DNA of 64,000 nt, taken from Planktomarina sp. (GTDB taxonomy: Bacteria; Pseudomonadota; Alphaproteobacteria; Rhodobacterales; Rhodobacteraceae). The number at the start of each line of letters is the position of its first letter. Position 1 is the first letter of the stretch. The stretch lies in assembly GCA_028822275.1 (NCBI GenBank), contig JAPKEA010000001.1:3588-67587 (forward strand), given 5' to 3'. Made by a program: the position numbers and the translations under genes. The notes under the pieces are model-generated. The model made no database searches. It had not been told where the DNA came from and worked only from the letters and a program-made list of their open reading frames with translations. Below, one piece after another: positions 62,039-64,000 of the stretch.

Positions 62039-62641
62039 ATGGCTAAACTGTATTTCAACTATTCCACGATGAATGCTGGCAAATCCACATTGCTACTTCA
62101 GGCTGCCCATAACTATCGTGAGCGGGGCATGAAAACTTATCTCATGACAGCACAGATGGATACACGTGCAGGAAAAGGCATGATTGCATCTCGCATTGGA
62201 ATTGGAGAGGAAGCAGACACTTTTCACTCCAATGAAGACCTTTTCAAAAAGGTGAAAGCTTGTCTGGAAGAAGAGCCGGTTGCCTGTATATTTATTGATG
62301 AGGCACAATTTTTAACTAAAGATCAGGTCTGGGCTTTGGCTCGGGCAGTAGATAACCTTGGAGTACCCATTATGTGTTACGGCCTCCGCGTGGATTTTCT
62401 TGGAGAGCTATTTCCAGGATCAGCTGCACTTTTGGCGTTAGCTGATGAAATGCGCGAAGTGCGGACGATTTGTCATTGTGGTAAAAAAGCGACCATGGTG
62501 GTTCGCTTAGACAGTACCGGCAAAGCAGTAACTGCTGGGGATCAGGTCCAGATTGGCGGCAATGAAACATACCTGTCTTTGTGTAGACGCCATTATTTCG
62601 AGGCAGTCAAGGATCACTCCGCGCCTCCTCTACCAATTTAA
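62039..62641 (+). CDS. tdk: Thymidine kinase
   Basis: STMNAGKST, IDEAQF, YGLR.DF, C.CG zinc motif. Confidence 0.96.
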   Translation: MAKLYFNYSTMNAGKSTLLLQAAHNYRERGMKTYLMTAQMDTRAGKGMIASRIGIGEEADTFHSNEDLFKKVKACLEEEPVACIFIDEAQFLTKDQVWALARAVDNLGVPIMCYGLRVDFLGELFPGSAALLALADEMREVRTICHCGKKATMVVRLDSTGKAVTAGDQVQIGGNETYLSLCRRHYFEAVKDHSAPPLPI

Positions 62642-62696
62642 CTTACGTAACCCCCAAGAAACACAGTGTAATTCGCAAATGCACATATCTAATGGT

Positions 62697-63569
62697 TTAG
62701 CGTTTGCCATAGTAAAGGCCAACAACATGCTCTGCTTCTGCAAAGAACAACCAGCGTTGTGTAAATATCCCCAAAAGATGCAATACCACAGCAACAGCGA
62801 CCACTGGAATTGAAAATGAGATGATCAAGCAAATCAGTGGCCCAACAATCATTAAAGCAAAAGCAATAACGCGCAATTTCTGCGCATGTTTACGTCCAAC
62901 TTTGTGAACCATCTCTTTGAGCAAGTAGTTATTCCCTGTATGAGGAGATTCAAATGCCCGCACAGTTCCTCTAAAGCCTAGGCCAGTTGCAGTTCCAATA
63001 TTAGACCCTCGGCGTTTAAATTGGTTATCGCCAACATACCAAGCAAGGAGCTGCACTACACCAGCCAGTGCAATTAAGATACCCGCCGACCATGTTTGCA
63101 ATGCCAACAAAGCACCACCACCCAGAGACAGTAGTAAGAACAAGCAAGGTGTTGTCCAATGGTTCCAACGCGGAACCGTTTTAAGCTGGGCGTAAATCAT
63201 CGAAGTAGCGAATATCGTCAATACCGAGAGCGCCGCTCCTATGTAGCCTAACGGCTGCCAAATAGTATCCATAAAAATTGAACAAATGGCAAAGGCACCC
63301 ATGACTGCCATTGAAGCGACAGCCAAACAACCTTCACGGCTAAGCCAACTGCTGCGCCATTGTGAGAAAGCTTTTAAGAAGCGTTGCGGGTTCCCCAAGT
63401 GAAAAGTCGAGGCCAATAAACCACCACCCGCCAAGCCAAAAGCTACAGCATAATACCAAAATGCATGCCAGCCTTTTAGTGTAGGCACACCGATTCCCAA
63501 CCAAGTTAGAAGACCAAATCCAAGGCCAGAGGCCACAGTGAAAATAATTACGGAACCAGCAGGGTGCAT
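62697..63569 (-). CDS. soeC: DmsC/SoeC-type membrane anchor of a molybdoenzyme (probable sulfite dehydrogenase SoeC)
   Basis: MHPAGSVIIFT.ASGLGFG, HLGNPQR...SSWLSRE, RWLFFAEAEH. Confidence 0.75.
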   Translation of the reverse strand: MHPAGSVIIFTVASGLGFGLLTWLGIGVPTLKGWHAFWYYAVAFGLAGGGLLASTFHLGNPQRFLKAFSQWRSSWLSREGCLAVASMAVMGAFAICSIFMDTIWQPLGYIGAALSVLTIFATSMIYAQLKTVPRWNHWTTPCLFLLLSLGGGALLALQTWSAGILIALAGVVQLLAWYVGDNQFKRRGSNIGTATGLGFRGTVRAFESPHTGNNYLLKEMVHKVGRKHAQKLRVIAFALMIVGPLICLIISFSIPVVAVAVVLHLLGIFTQRWLFFAEAEHVVGLYYGKR

Positions 63570-64000
63570 TAGATTTTCTCCAGCGCTTTATCGAGCCAAC
63601 TTAGGAAGCCTTTTTGTGTACTTGCAACAGGCTCAAGGTAAGGGGCCAATATATCAAACTCAGGCACAACATCTTTGGGCCGAGGGGGAAGATACTTATT
63701 AACTGGCTTTGTACCCTGCTCAGGCATTAAATCCATACCGCCACGTTCGGCTACCAATTTAGATACGTCAGAGGCCTCGTCACCCAAATCACCAAAATGC
63801 CGCGCACCTGACGGGCACGTGCGCACGCAAGATGGTACACGATCTTCTTCAGGCAGGTTCTCATTATAAATACGGTCCACACAGAGAGTACATTTTTTCA
63901 TGACGCCAGCAGCCTGATCCATCTCACGGGCGCCATATGGACAAGCCCACGCACAAAGACCACAACCTATACAGGCGTCTTCGTTGACCAATACAATACC
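63569..64000 (-). CDS. soeB: DmsB/SoeB-type 4Fe-4S subunit (5' part outside window)
   Basis: CIGCGLCAWACPYGAR, KCTLCVDR, CVRTCPSGAR. Confidence 0.75.
   Translation of the reverse strand, partial: GIVLVNEDACIGCGLCAWACPYGAREMDQAAGVMKKCTLCVDRIYNENLPEEDRVPSCVRTCPSGARHFGDLGDEASDVSKLVAERGGMDLMPEQGTKPVNKYLPPRPKDVVPEFDILAPYLEPVASTQKGFLSWLDKALEKI

Overview
Core-chromosome segment of an alphaproteobacterium. Gene content and order (gcrA, tandem LiuR-like MerR genes before a beta-oxidation operon, DUF952-pyrD, argD-argF, soeBC) point to Rhodobacteraceae/Roseobacter group, at moderate GC (mid-40s % by eye, not computed). It holds about 55 mostly housekeeping CDSs: nucleoside salvage (cdd-deoA-deoB-add-upp, tdk, 5'-nucleotidase), fatty-acid/acyl-CoA catabolism, prpE, glyA, lepA, rpmB, meaB, mce, hrpB, gndA, argDF, rimO, aspS, carB and partial soeBC. 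It also holds tRNA-fMet, tRNA-Gly(TCC) and two degraded genes (PhnA-domain protein, dgkA). I saw no transposase, integrase, prophage or CRISPR array. The strongest signal is absent from the ORF track: upstream of argD-argF on the minus strand is an apparently leaderless 12-codon ORF, MKKKIVKTLRRR*. It is followed directly by mutually exclusive antiterminator/terminator hairpins and a U-tract, which makes it a candidate arginine-sensing, ribosome-mediated transcription attenuator. Family assignments come from motif recognition only; no searches were run.
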